Source of the DNA: Antedon mediterranea
Lineage: Eukaryota; Animalia; Echinodermata
Length of the DNA stretch: 64,000 nt
Reading direction: 5' to 3'
Assembly: GCF_964355755.1 (NCBI RefSeq)
Contig: NC_092678.1
Span: forward strand, 9,254,422-9,318,421
The notes beneath the pieces were generated by a model, which saw only the letters and a list, made by a program, of their open reading frames with translations, was not told the origin of the DNA and searched no databases. This document shows, piece after piece, positions 27,174 to 41,592 of the stretch. Numbering within the stretch: position 1 is the stretch's first letter; every line of letters starts with the position of its first letter. Both the position numbers and the translations under genes were made by a program.

Positions 27174-28104
27174 GTAGGTTGTTGGGAAAAATGTAAATAA
27201 TTTGTTGAGCAACTCAAATTGAGAGAAAATCGGACACAGACAAGCGAGATGTTGAATGTGATAATTTATGATTAAAGAGAAATAAATAAATGTCACTTTA
27301 TTCTTTCATGTCCAAAAAAAAAATGGTAGCCATATTATGATGTACATCAAATGATGGCTGACATTTGATATAATAAGCCCACACTTTGCTGCCATTTTGT
27401 ATGCCAACAAAAAAATGTTTAGTTTCCCAAACACACCAAAAATTGACAGGGTCGGTAGGTAGTGTATTTTGTTGTTGGTTGTTATAGATACCAGGCTACT
27501 GATATTCCGTGTTACTAGGCCTATTATGTATCAAAACAAGTGGTCTGTAAAGTTATTTTTCTTGTTTTGCCAATTAGAAATTCGCCTAGGCCATCAGGTT
27601 TGGCAATTTCTAAAAAAGGAAATCTCAAAAGGTTGCTTTTGTCTAGCCCTATTGTTAAGCTAGTAGTAGTAGTAGTAGTAAGTAGGGCCTAACCTAGGCT
27701 ATGGCTATAGCTATTAGTAGTGGGTGATTGTCTACCCGTACCCAAACCAACCCGTACCCATGCCAAATTGTACCCAACTTGGCTATAACTCATACCCAAA
27801 TAATTGGTCAACATTCCCACTTTGGCTAAACCAGTACCCAAACCAACCCGTATCCATGCAAACCTGTACCTAATTATTAGTATTTAGCTTACTCGTACCC
27901 ACATGGGGCCCGGGCATCTCCACCTCCCCAAAACCAGGTATAAAAAAAAATTGCACAATCATGTTATTATTAATGTTAAATGCACTAGCGTATCTCTCAC
28001 GTTAAATCTGATTTAAACATTTATGCAGCAGCTCTCTGCCTTTTGTTTTGTATGTACGGTTTCTATTAGTAACCACATTCATATTTCAACCGCATGGTAC
28101 CATA

Positions 28105-31100
28105 TAGTCCAGTCAATCTAGTGATATTTAGAGGTAAACCCACCACAAATTGCAATAGTAACGAAACATTGATTTTTTTCATTCCAAATGTAGTTTATAA
28201 TGACATATTAAAAGTCACCGAAAATTGAAGCATTGGAACACTTTATTTTTTACGTAATCTCAACAACTATATAGCGATTTTATTCCGTAAATATTTTTGG
28301 GGTAGGGGGTAACATTTATGCCCATAACTTGTGGTTTTATAATCCAATCTCAATAATCTTGATATCAATGTGTAGAATATATATGTCTTTCTAATAATAT
28401 ATGCAATTTAAAAAACCAAAATACAACACCTATTTATATAACTAGAGGTCAAAAGGTTATTGACCTTTTACAAAAACTCATTTTTTTCCATAAAAAAAAT
28501 GATTAACTGTAATATCGTATGCCATAATTGTGGATGCATTTAATTAAAATTGTGTTTTTTCTGTACCTATCGATATATAGAATAGGAAACATGATGTTAA
28601 CTAGAAGAATTTTTTAAAGGAATGATGTACTATTCTTATTGAAATTGATTCTTGATCAAATGTAATGTAAACAATTTTGTGGTAGGGGGTAGCGTTTATG
28701 CCTATAATCCATTGTTTTATAACCATATCTAATTAGCTTTAGTACCAATGTGTATAGTATATATATCCTACTAATATACATTAAAAAAACAATTAATACA
28801 ACAGTTATACGTAACTAGAGGTCAAAAGGTCATTGACCTTTTACAAAAACTCAAATTTTTCCTAACAAAATTATTAACTGCAATGTCTTATTCCATAATT
28901 GCCGATGCATTTGATGAAACTTGTGTTTAGAGGTAACATTTATGCCTGCCAATAAAATCTAAATAACTACAAATGTGTATAATATGTATTTCTTACTCTA
29001 AAAACTAATTGATACAACAGTTGTTATGTAACTATAGACTAAATTATGTTTATTTATATATTGGAAGTATTTGGTGCAAATAATGTTTTTCCTGTACCTA
29101 TTGTATCGTCATGAAATAGGAAAAATGATGCTAGCTAGAAGAACATTGGAATTCATTAGCGGTATGTACTACTGTATTGCTGATTAATTAATGAGTCTTG
29201 ATAATTTGGAATCAACTCATGATTTAGGCCTACTATAGATAGATTTTTGATGATTTTAGTATCAACGAATGTACGTAATGACAAGTATTGGATCTCCCCA
29301 GGGTTGCGTCCTCTCTCCTCTCCTGTATATTATATACACGGATGACTGTCGCAGCAAACAGGACAATAGTCATCTTGTCAAATTTGCTGACGACACTGTC
29401 TTGCTGTCTCTCCTTAAAAATTCACAGGACGGCCATGGTTCCGCATTAGATGGAAGTCAATGTGACCAAAACCAAGGAGATGATTGTAGATTTTAGGAAG
29501 GAGAAAGGACGCAGCCCTCTGGTAGCCCTCATAAATGACGAACCAGCAAAATTGTCCATTCCTTTAAATACCTAGGACAATCTCAGCTGGGAATTAAATA
29601 CAGAGGCAATAGAGAAAGGGCACCAGAGACTTTATCTGTTAAGGAAGCTGAACCATTTTAATGTCGATAAAGTAATTCTCAGGGTTTTTTATAATTCCTT
29701 TATTGAGAACGTTTTAACTTTTTTACTTTATATGCTGGTTTTTTAGTCTTAGGGTCAAAAAGAGAAACTCACTACAAAGAATTGTTAATTTAAGTTCTAA
29801 ATTAATAGGTTGTCAACTTCGTAGCTTATCTTCCTTCTGTGACATGCAAACTCTAGAAAAAAGTAGAGCTATTCTAAAAAATGTTAACCATGCCTTGTTC
29901 AGTGATTTCGAGCTCATGCCTCATGGGCGTCGCTTTCGATGCCTGGCATGTAGAACACACCGTAAAAGAAATTCTGTTTTGCCAGTTGCCACCCGACTCT
30001 TAAATTCTTGAACTTTGACTCTTGTTATATTGTACTGTGTATTGTGATATTTTTGTATATTTTGTAAGATCATTTTAATCCAGACCTTTTTATTTGAATT
30101 GCCCCGTGTGGGATGATATTGTTTAATCCTTCAAATAGAAAAGGACTCACAACTATGTCATCAGTATCACTTTCTTGTTCGGGTATCAGTACAGTGCAAT
30201 GCCGTTGCATTCACCACATGTAGTTATAGTTACCCCTGAAGGCTTCAAGGAGATACTCAGGTGCTGGCTTTAAGTCTGTGTGTAGAGGAACCATGTTTCC
30301 ATCATCTGATCTTCCATCCCCAATCTTCGGTACACATATCAACCCCACTCCATTGCTAAAAGATAACTTGAACTTGAACATGATGTTATGTACCTTGGTT
30401 GTGGTACGATTATGAAGTTATATATGCAAGGTTGTACTTGTAGATGGGATGGAGTCAAAGGCATTCAACGTTCTTCAGGTCGTCTATTGTACAGACACAC
30501 TAAATCATTTTCTCATCCTTTGTAGCTTGTTTGCATCTGAAGACTACAGCATAATGTCAGAAATAAGTGCAATGACAAGCTTTTTTTAGAGCCACTTGTT
30601 TTCCAATTCCGAAAACTCTGTATGTTTTGTCACCAGTATCGCATGAGCAAACAGAAGGTTATCACAGATGTCTCTCAAATGTACTGTTTGAACCAGTTTG
30701 ATAGTCCAGCATCTCAGCTCCAGTCTAAAGAATATCACAAGATGTTTTAAATGCTTGATTGCAGAGGAGCACTAGATAGATCCGTGTCATCGGATAATGA
30801 CAGATGTTTTCCTGTTTGCTGATTCAATGGTTTTTTGTACTATCCGAAATAACATCTGCATCAGCAGCTGCATTCACTCATTGCCATTTTGTTCAAGTAC
30901 CGGTACTAATTACGAAGATTTATAAATTGTCGTTTGTTACAGAAAGTGATCCTATTTTGTGGAACATGTCACTGGTAAAATGTACAGGGATACTACCACC
31001 TGACCCGCCTTACCATGTGCGCCATCTTTGGTGGATGAGCCGCTTTCATAATCATCAAAGACTATGATGGCAGATCGCATCAAGTCTCTACACTATTCCA

Positions 31101-32357
31101 TGGAATGCTGTGCAGTAGAGCACTACCATCTAGAATGTAGGCCTATCGGACATCATTCAGTGAGTTGGATGTGTTAGACTATTCATTGTTTCCACATGGC
31201 ATCATGTTGGTTTATTAGCTGAAAGTATTGTAAGTTGGTTGTTTCAAAAAGTGCTGGTGGATAACAAAGTTCATGTTCAAAAACTTCCTTGTTGTCACCT
31301 CGAGTCTCCTCTGGAACTGTAGGATCGATGCACACATATTTGCCTGTATGTACTTTATTGCCAGGATCTTGAATACATTGCAAGACTTTCTGGCCTAACA
31401 TCCGTCCAAAATATTCAATGCTTAATACCACATTGCCAATATTCCGAGTCACCTGCAGTAACTCCCGTGTCAATGGTATGAAGTCTCTGAGTCGTAACCA
31501 AATGGATTTTTCAATTGCTATTGTGTTCCTGACGTGTGGTCAAAGTTCTTATGTTGGCCGCTGCTGGAGTAACGCCCTGATACTATTGCGAGGCATTACA
31601 TTCAACGCAGATTTGGTCTGGATGTACTCATTCCTAAATCTCTTGTCAAACCTTTGGTTTTCTTTGAGGCTTTCATAGAAACCTTTTCAATCACCAGGTC
31701 TGTTGACAATCCAGCCCAGATGGTCCGAACGTCATACAACATGGAGGTCATTGTCAAACTGCTGTTGAACATCTTTGTATTTCTACTGGTTAAAAAATCG
31801 TTAAAATACTTACACATCCCAATATAAATACTGTAACCATGGCAACACAAATGCCATCTGGAAAAAAATGGAATGTAGATCATTCAGAAGCAACAGGAAC
31901 AGGAACTCATATGCATCTTGAGCTGGTCATGTGTATCGCTTTGGACTGAAATGTTTACCCCAGGGTATCCCTGTGTGTATACCAATGTTGTTTACAGCGA
32001 AAACAACATTTTTAGCCAAAATTGACACATTATGTTGTGTTTTTCTGCAAAAATGACATGCTAAATAAAATGTTATGACTATAAGTTTGATATCACTGAA
32101 TAGGAAATTTAATAAGCTTTCGGATGACATAAATCACACTTGTATATAATGTATTTCAAATGGTTAAATATATGTAATTAATGGGGCATATTAATTTTGA
32201 CTTAAAATGACTTTTATTGACCTCTGACCCCTTGACCCAATACTTGGATTTTCGTTGACTTTTAGTATGTCGTTCTACACTTTATATGGAATTCAAAAAT
32301 ACTTACTTTGTTACTATTGCAATTTGTGGTGGGTATATCATTAGATTGACTGGACTA
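28105..32357 (-). mobile_element. Academ-type DNA transposon with degraded transposase (~30130-31900)
   Basis: TIRs TAGTCCAGTCAATCTA.. (~130 bp, imperfect), 3-bp TSD ata; WAGLSTDLVIE, FEHELCYPPALF, LDGSALLHSIPW, DDTDL, Cys-rich tail. Confidence 0.85.
29270..30120 (+). mobile_element. Rex1/Babar-like LINE 3' fragment nested in the Academ
   Basis: GSPQGCVLSPLLYIIYTDDC..LVKFADDT; QRLYLLRKL; 3' aattgccccgtgtgggat stem-loop. Confidence 0.75.
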
Positions 32358-33229
32358 ATATTGTTCCTATGAGTTGACAAACATGGAGCCAGAACCAAAG
32401 AATACAAAGTGGCTACAAAATACATTATTTTCTTATTTTATCAAGTCAAGCTGTGAGTATTACACTTCATTGATTTAAGTAATATTAATAAATTAAAATA
32501 CATAGTCTTTTTATCAAGATGCCATTTATGAGCTTTTCATTCTTCATGTTCCTAAAAAATTAGGTACTTTGTTTTCAACTATTTAGTTCAAAACTATTGC
32601 GTTACAAATTCGGTAGAAAGACGGCACACACAGAAAAAATAGACCTAACCTACTTTGTTAATCATATTTTTTTAGTCCCTCATCAAATTCTTACTTAAAA
32701 TTTATACGAAAATTAGCGAGATTTATGTGCCCGTAAAGTGAATCAAATGACCTAAACTACTCCAAAAAGCCACAGCTTCAGGGGGATTTGCCATCTTCCC
32801 CCTGCATTTTCTAGATCCGCCTATGGTACCCATTGGCTGACTTACTTACCAATTTGATGGCGCAAACCTAGAGGTGTGATTATTTTTTAATTTAAATCTT
32901 TTTTTTATTTTACAGGTCTCGGAGAAATGTGTGCCAATCAAAATGACTATTGATTGTAAACATCTTTTAATTAGGCATATTTATTTGTTAACATTCATTT
33001 AAATGTAGGCCTAATATTTTTTTTATAGAGAACGTACGTTTGGGTTTTTTATTTATGTAAGAGTCATTACAAATTTTTTCCAGCAAAAAACATCCCTCTA
33101 TAGTTTTAATACTGTCTTAAAAATCATGCACCCTCTATAAAGTTTTCTATCGCTCGTCTAGTTATTTCTATCTTAGAAAGTTGTTTTTATTAGCAAAATG
33201 GCGCAATAAGACTATGTGATGTCATTGAA

Positions 33230-34990
33230 GTTAAGAATCAGATATTTGGCTGATTCGGAGGATGACTTTGATGTCAATAATTCAATTCAATCGTTTCGTC
33301 AATCAGTGTCAGTCAGTTCCGATAGTGATTGTTCTTTGGATGTGGATGAACCTGTAAGCCAGGTTCATAGGATGAAACTATAGATATGTTTGTGGACAGT
33401 GATGGTGAAGCAGGCATTGACAGTGACGATGAAGCAGTGAGTTCTGATTGTATATCAGTTGAGAGTGAAGCCGTTCTTACTGATCAAAATAAAAGTGATT
33501 CGGATGATGAGCCAGTGCAAGTTGTGCACGGTCGTGGTAGACGTGTGGTGCATGTATTCGTGGTGACATACGTGTAAGAGGAGGTTAGAGCGGCTGGCCT
33601 CGTGCTAGAGGACAAAGGTCCAGTCCTGCAAGAGATCAGAACACAATTATAAATTGGGACATTGACCCAAATGATAGTTTTTAACCAAAGCAAATTCCAT
33701 TATCTGGTGGGGAACGACTCAAAGTTAGCATTGGTGATAATGCTTCAATTGAGGAGTTCTTTTTTTAGTACTTTACTGATGATATATTTTCACATTATTG
33801 TACAGGAGACTATTCAGATATGCTCAGCAGTTCATCAATGCAAACCGTGATCAACTGAAAATCGATCCGACGTTTTTCGGTTTACTTACTGATGGGTATT
33901 ATTCACAAGCCTAGCTAAAAAAATGTATTGGAACACTGATGATTTAGTAGAAAGACCTATATTTGGCCAAATAATGAACAGCGATAGGTTTTTCCTGATA
34001 ATGAAATTTCTACATTTTGCAAACAATGAAGACCCAGCACATGACCCCACGGATGTCAATAGGGACATGCTCTACAAAATTAGGCCTCTCATCAGAAAGG
34101 TTCGAGAACAAAGCAGCGTGTTTATTCGCATACACGTTTTGAAATCAAGTTTTATGAACTACAGTATGTACATCCGATGGCGTATGTCTAGGTTTTATTG
34201 TACATTCAGCTGAGAATATTTTCAAAGATAATCCAGTACTGTATTCCTATAAAACATGATGCACACATTGTATACATCTCCAGCTCTGGCTACTTGATCA
34301 TAGTACATACCTTTGTGGCACTGTCAACCCAAAGCGTTTACCCCAGTGATCTAGGAGTCGCAAACATGTTAGCGGTAAAGTTCTGGGTGCTGAAAAACAA
34401 ATCTAACAATAAACCAAAAGAAGTGTGCATGCTTAATACAGAAGGCAGGGCCGCTATGATCCCAACTACAAAAAGTGACAAAGACAAAAATCTTATTCAC
34501 AAGCCATCATGTATAATTGCGTATAATCACAACATGGAAGGAGTTGATATGGTGGACCAACAGCTGCACAGCGTGAGCATTGTAAGAAAAACATACAAGT
34601 GGTATAAGAAAATAGCTCTCAGAATGTTCATGCAGTGTGCTCTAGGTGCTCACAAACTCCGGGGAAGTTCAGGCCATCTACCAATGATGTTTTGGCTGAT
34701 TTCAAAGATCTTTTGATAGTATGTGTGTGTTTAAGCCCTAGATTGAACAAAGATGAAACACGTCATGAAATATTACAAAGTCTAACTGGGAAGCACTTCC
34801 CCGTGAAAAGACGGCAACACAAAAAACAAAAAAGACAAAGTGTGCTGGGCTCGTGGACATGGCACAAGTGCTGGAAGAGAGATCAAGACAGTGTGGATTT
34901 GCAAAGATTGTCGAAGTAACCCAGGTTTGCATGCTGATAAAGATTGTTTCAGGGCCTACCACACAAAATTGGACTATTCAAAAGAGGATG
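33230..34990 (+). pseudogene. Degraded piggyBac (PGBD4-like) transposase
   Basis: Acidic N-terminus; YWNTD..RF..IMKFLHF..KIRPL; YNHNMEGVDMVDQ, KWYKKI; C-terminal ICKDC..PGLH..CFRAYHT; frameshifted, core apparently deleted. Confidence 0.9.
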
Positions 34991-36368
34991 ATGAGTAAAA
35001 GAAAACCAAAAAATCACAGTTTGTTTCACGGTGAACAATCGGTATTTATGTTTATATACGAGAAGTGTTGATAATAAATGATTTTGTTGAAAATAAAATG
35101 TTGTTCTTTTTGTATAAACAATAACAATTAATTCTAAATTTTCATATATTATTCATATATTTCTACTTACCTTCCTCCAGTAGGAAAACAACATTCCGTA
35201 AGCATTCCGTATAGAAAGCAGTTTTTATCTTTGATTTGGTCAAAACCAAAAGATTCAAAATGGCCACCATGGTGTCACATAATACGCAAATTACCAAAAT
35301 GTATGCGCCCCAATAGGGCAAGATCGTGTTCATCACAACACGCAAAATAAAATTCCGTAACAATAATAGTTAGTTTTTCAGTCTACAATAGTAATTTTTT
35401 GGAAAATTTAATGTGTTTATTTCTACGATTTTGCCCTAAAACTTTGATTTGTGCATAATTTTTATAAAACAATAAAAATAATTAAAATTTGTATTTGTTA
35501 TACGTATCTTCATCAGTATCCAGTTGGAAAAACGCATTCCATAATAATTTCTTATAGAAAAAACAAAGTTTTTATCATTGATTTGATAAAAAACAGGAAA
35601 TCCAAAAAACGTGTAACTGTAGACCAACCCTTTGCCCACCACAAAAATAATTTATCTCAAATAGTATTTTTTTTGCAATTTATTAAAAAATCATATGTTT
35701 TTCTTAAATCTATATTATGCACAGAGGTGGGACTAATGCTGCCCCTATTTTAAGCAAAAATCCTGCAAGAAGGCTATAGGATCGAATTACTCATAGATTT
35801 ACGTGTTTTTGCTGATCAGGATTCCTTTTTATAAAAAAAACCACGCATTTATAGGATGTATGTCAAATCACATTATCTCACATTATTGGATTAATATTAT
35901 CATCAATTAAACTATTAACATTATTTACTATAAATTAGTTATTTCAAACAATAGGCTGAGTAGTTTTCTGACTACTCTGCCTGCTTAAATGAGGTTTTTG
36001 CAGTTTGTTTTATGGTATAATAAAAGTCTTAATTGTTTTATATTGTGTGTATCGAGCGAAATTGATGCTGGAATTAAGAAAAAAATAGCATAAAGGGAAA
36101 ATAAATTATGAAAAATAAAAGCCAAATTACATTCATCTTTTTTATAAATTTTATTGCACAACAATTAATATAATATAATAATAATAAATTTTAAATGGGT
36201 AATTATCGTGTATAGAGAAACACCATATCCCAAATTGTCATTGTAATATATAGTCATATTGCTCATTTTCCTTTAAAACATGACTGCAGTCGAATTATTT
36301 TTATGCTTTACTACTAATTAATTATGATATTTGAAATTGTTACAGAATTTATTATTTTTTATTTTTAG

Positions 36369-36460
36369 GAAATGTAATTAACATACAAACAGGAAAATGG
36401 ATGGGTCAACAAAGTGGAGTGGGAGCTGGACTTGATTCGTTCTATGAATACTTGTTAAAA
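36369..36460 (+). CDS. EDEM1: EDEM1 exon E (92 bp): [30 protein letters not shown]
   Basis: ttttag|...|gtatgc; [13 protein letters not shown] catalytic Asp motif. Confidence 0.96.
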
Positions 36461-38785
36461 GTATGCTCTTTTCTTCCTTATTAGTTATTTACTTTCATGA
36501 CTGTAAAGTCTAATTCTGTTGCACACACTGCATGGGATTGTGATGTAAGTTGCGCATCACTTAAAATTGTTTTTTAGTATACTTTTCAGACCATGCTAGT
36601 GTTAAAAAGATAGGACAGCATTTTTCAAAAGCCGGCGAGCAGTCTTAAAGAAACTCAAATTGCATTTTCTCGAGAACTACTTGTCCAAAAAACTTCGTTT
36701 TTGTACAAGAGGCAAGAGTTATAATTTGTGATTTGTAATTTTAGAACATAATTTGATTTAATGTGCACATTTTTTGATGCTAGTAGTTTACAAAACCTAT
36801 TTCTTTTCAAATTCACTCGTTTGATTTTCGCGTTGCTGTTCTATTGTTAGTCAACTGAAGCTATTGTTAATTGAAAGGCTTGTTACATAACCATTACACC
36901 AAACTCGCATACACATGCTTGTAGTGAAATTAGCATAAATCACAAACAGCATTAATACACACACAAATATATATATATTTTTTTACCGGAGAAATCTTAT
37001 GTAGGAGAATTTTACAGTAGGCGGAGGTATGCACTCTAGGAGTGGCTTTCTAGTTTAAACATTTTTTTTGGTAACTTCTCTATTGTGACAATAGACAAAC
37101 GATACAAAAATACTTGCATTAGCGACACTTTCTGTATATTTTGCCAACCACCCACAATGCGACAAAATAAACAATGGCTTTTTTGTTCCATACATCAGAT
37201 CTTGCACCCAGAATATATGGATGCAAAAAGCTCATTTGCTGTTACGTTCGATTCTAGACTAAACAGGATTCATAGCCTACAATTTGTCACGCAGCTTAGC
37301 AAACATCTTGGCTCAGTTGCTTAGTGTATCATCATTATAGAGGATTATAGTGAATATTAATATACTACACTATAATATGGTATATACTGTAGTACTGTAG
37401 TTTACATTATAGCGTCTGATTGTTTTTTTTCTACTGTATCAATACCACATATACATTGATATATTTAATTTCCTAGACAAATTGCTGTAAATAAATATAG
37501 ATAGAGCTAAAATAAGCATTGAATTTGCCTTCTCACCAAAAGTGTGTTTTTTCAGGGCTTCCTCTAGACTTACGTTCGCATTGAACTTTGAACGCAAAAC
37601 AAAATACCGAGTAAATGATCAAACAATCGACGGTTCCACACAGAGCATCCGCATCTAACATACATTATCGTCCTTTAAATAGTCCACGTGTGTGAGGAGG
37701 AGAAAAAAAGTGTGATCATTTTGCTCATTCATGGTAGCATGCTCCATGAGAGTGTTTTTTCGCGCCAATTAGCGGTGCCATTTATCATGAATGTTAATGT
37801 GCGAGAGTACCATTTCCGGCCATCAAAGAGGTGTCATTTAACAAAATTTGTCTCAGGCCCCACCAACTACTTCGGCTGTGTTTATACAACACCCTAAATT
37901 TGAACACGTCTTTAATTTTTAGCGTGTTGCACGGGCCGAGGTCAATCCCAAAAAAACCTTGCAGTTATACATGAAATCAAATACCGTGTTATACCGTAGT
38001 TCATAATCCTAAGTTGTACATATACTTGCATGCATTATGAATTAATATGAGTTTATATTAAGGATTTTAATAAAGGATGATTTCGTTTAAAATTTAGTTT
38101 ATTCAATTATTGATTTTTTAAATCTGCTTTTGAAATTAGAAAAAAAATGTTTTATAATTAGGATAAAACTATGCTACATTTTGCCAAATTATGCCAACAT
38201 TTGATTAGCGTTAATGTTAAGTGCTAAATCGGTTAAAATATGCAAAAAAAAGCACAATTATCTACTAGATTTGGTCAACATTTTCACAGCACATACTTTT
38301 ATTTAACGAGAGGTCAAAACAATACCCTGAGGACACTTCCAACACGCCAACAGCAACCGGGAATCCACAAAATGGCTTTTTTGCAATTAAAATCTCATTA
38401 CACGGAATCTCTTCGATGTTATACAACACACTTCTCGTAGGCGTGTTGAATATGCGTGTAATAGCGTGTTGTATAAACGCGCCCTTAGTGTCCAATCTCT
38501 CCTCCACAAGTGTGTATTCCCTCAGGCATCTTAATAACACAAAGGGAAATTAAGTACACTAACAGAAATTCGATCCATTTTTTTCAATTTGTGCTGTAGA
38601 GGTTGGATATAGGTATTTTTTTTAAACAGATAATGAGCTAGCGTTTTCAGTCGCCATCTACAGTATTATGTACAATCAACATTATTATTGTAGTTTAACT
38701 ACCACCACCCCTCCCTGAATGACATGAGTAGTGTTGTATAGTTTCAATCAACTATTGGCTGTGACAGTTTCAAAAAGTATTAAAT

Positions 38786-39012
38786 GGAGTTGGATAGCCG
38801 AGTGGTTTGGACACTTGACTGTCATACAGATAGACCCGGGTTCAATTCCCGACAACTCCCAGTCCACTCAGCTGTAAATGAGTACCTGGTTGAAAATACT
38901 AGGAAGAAAAAAGGCGACGTGGAAAGGAACTGGCCACCCTACCACATAATCCCGAGGCTTAGTACAATGAGCTCCTAACAGCTCATTCCCCTACGTTCAG
39001 AGAACACGGGAC
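38786..39012 (+). mobile_element. tRNA-derived SINE with a Deu/Nin-like core, inserted in a Helitron family A fragment (~38500-39090)
   Basis: A box TAGCCGAGTGG, B box GGTTCAATTCC, acceptor stem GGAGTTG/CAACTCC; core ccactcagctgtaaatgagtacc..ggaactggccaccctacc. Confidence 0.8.
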
Positions 39013-39629
39013 TCACAAAGTGGTATATTATTAAAACATGAAAACAATTAATATTTCGTTATTAAATGGATAAAAAATATATTTAAAATCCATAACTTTT
39101 TCCCCCCTTATTTGCTTATTTTATTTAACTTATTTTGTACTACTAATTTGCATACTTCCGAGGTGTGTGACAAAGGTGTGATTTTGGGAATTACTGTTGG
39201 CAATTAGGAACCTATATCTTGGGTCATTTGAGGGCAAAACAAAGTTTTTACAGACATTTAATAGTCACATTGTGTATCTGTAGCATTGAGAAATGGCGTC
39301 AAAGGTCAAATGTTGTACTTCTGGTCTTTTTTTTTATAAAATGTTTCATTAGAGCAAATATAAATATATACATTCCATTCCCATGGACCCAACCCCCTAT
39401 TTCATTAATAATTGTTTATTTGTAACAGTTTATTTTGAAATCCTTTTACCTAGTAGTATACCTGTTTAGTGTATTTTATTGCCTTGTGAAAAACTTTGTT
39501 TGATTTGTATCAGTAGGCTATCTAATAAATATAGGAGAGCCTTATTGTGATTCTCTATTGCCTACTACACTCTCTTATGTCCTAGCTCCTAGACTAGCTA
39601 GGGCTGCTAGGCCAGAGAGCCAGCCTACG

Positions 39630-40404
39630 TAATAATAATAATAACTTTATTTGAACAGACGCTTTTAGAACAGCGGCACACGTTTTATGACGGTGCGTTC
39701 ATAAGTTTAAAGAAAAAGAAAAGGAAATGAATTATACAATAGTTAATTAACAAATTAAAGTATGAAAATAAACTTTAAGATCAACGAATACAGTAAACAA
39801 AAATAGAAATTTAAAAAGATTTACAGAGATGTACACCAGTCTTTCTCTGCAACATTAAATACAATATACAGTGAAAATTAATAAACAAAATTATAAAGCA
39901 ACAATGCAAATTAGCTCTTTTTTAACTCTGATCTTTTTTTCCAGGCAACTTTAAGGAAATTCTTACAGTATTTGTCAAATGCTGTCAAGACAGCTTTACT
40001 AGGATCCAAGTTAATATCTCCCCCTAAAACTATAGTAGTTTTTTCATTAACATCAGCATTTATAAAATGTTCCCATGTTGCAGACTCATCCAAATTTTCA
40101 AGGTCATTATTTAGCTTCACTAATTGGATCTCCCTTATAGCATTAAAAGCTTGGCAATTAAATAAAAAATGCTGTACATTTTCTATTTCACCACTCTGAC
40201 ATATAGTGCAGTGGCCAGATATTTCTTTAGACCATTTACAGGTTCGTCCATCTAGAGGTAAAGTGTTGGATCTTAATTTAAATTTTAAGCTTGCACCTGT
40301 GAAATTGGTTTTATCAAGAAGATAACTCTCAAGGCTAGGACTTTCTTTTAGTTTGGAGTAATACATTTTCACTGATACGGATCGTATACAGCTTTTTTGC
40401 AAAG
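39630..40404 (-). mobile_element. Non-LTR retrotransposon 3' fragment with C-terminal CCHC domain (RTE-X/Nimb-like, clade uncertain)
   Basis: FKLRSNTLPL..CTIC..ENVQHFLFNC; aataaag then (TTA)n tail. Confidence 0.75.
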
Positions 40405-40913
40405 GGAGACACCAGTAGTACTACTACTACTAGCTCTAACTAGGCTTTTCTTGCCAGCTTGTTGAATTGTATGTTCTCTGCTTATATATTAATTATACTA
40501 TTTACTAGCTGTGTATATATAGTATAGTGAAATAATAAATACCTTATATTTTATGGTTTACTGATCATCCGTCTGTGTGTGGAGCTACCCACAGTGGCCC
40601 CACTGTGTTCTGAATAGCATCGCATCTATATAGGCTTTTAGTACCCTACCTACACTACAGATAAAGTAGTAGTTTCACTCACTCTGTGTGTTCAGGCTGT
40701 CAAAACATCCTAAGTTTTATTAATTAGTTTTTTGTACTCTTGAATACATCAAAATGTTGCTTGAATGCTTCTTTATACTTTTACCTGATCTGCTGTAGTG
40801 AAATTATAGACACATACAAAAAATTACTGTTTTTGAACTGGTTACTGATATCAAAGAGGGTTTAGTATCTTTCAAATATCTTAAGTAGTTTATCAACTTG
40901 TTTTTTATTTCAG

Positions 40914-40996
40914 TCATTTATCATGTTTGGTGAAGAAAGAGACTTGCAGTTGTTCAATGAAGCATATGAAAACTTAAAGAAATTTAATAGAAGAGG
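40914..40996 (+). CDS. EDEM1: EDEM1 exon F (83 bp): SFIMFGEERDLQLFNEAYENLKKFNRRG
   Basis: tttcag|...GG|gtaaga; continues the frame from exon E; resembles the EDEM1 S.ILFGE..DL..FN.AY segment. Confidence 0.93.
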
Positions 40997-41592
40997 GTAA
41001 GATCAATAATGAAATATAATGTTGTTACATTATAGCTTTTAAGTTGTTATGATGATCATAGAATAAAAACCAAACTTTATTTTTTTATTGACACTTGGTA
41101 AAAAGTTTAACTCACTGTGTTTTATTTTGATGTCGTTTAAGTTGATCCTGTAATTTTACCATGCTCACTGTATAGTATACCAAAATTATATACTATGACA
41201 CAAATGTTCTATAGATTTAAAAAGTTATTGCCAAAAAACAGTATTTTGTGACAGGAACGAATAGGATTTTATTTGCAAAATGTTGTCATCCGCAAATTGT
41301 TTGCGATGGATTTCCCCAAGGTGGCGCATTTGAATAACCTCCAAACACCATTTTAAAATGAAAAAAAAATCCATTCCAAGTCCATTTTAATTCAGGTCAT
41401 TGGTGGTATAAACAACTTTCTAGGCTCATATTTCCTACACCTTACATTTGCATGTACAGTATAAAGTTAAAATTAAGTTATAATCTAGTGATAAATTAAT
41501 ATTGATGTTTAAAGTTTATTATTCATTGAAAAGAATGAAAAGGTTTTCTTAGTTTGCATGTTTACCCCAACTTCTTACCATTTATACAATAG

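Noticed and set aside
27725-27900. CRISPR-like array of acccgtaccca repeats
   Set aside because: Irregular degenerate units without unique constant-length spacers, no cas genes, eukaryotic context; probably transposon subterminal repeats
33230-34990. Domesticated PGBD gene spliced into EDEM1 (CSB-PGBD3-like fusion)
   Set aside because: Multiple frameshifts and stops and an apparently deleted catalytic core; no intact frame
38786-38858. tRNA gene (GTC anticodon-like)
   Set aside because: The anticodon stem does not pair and the sequence runs directly into a SINE core, so it is a SINE head
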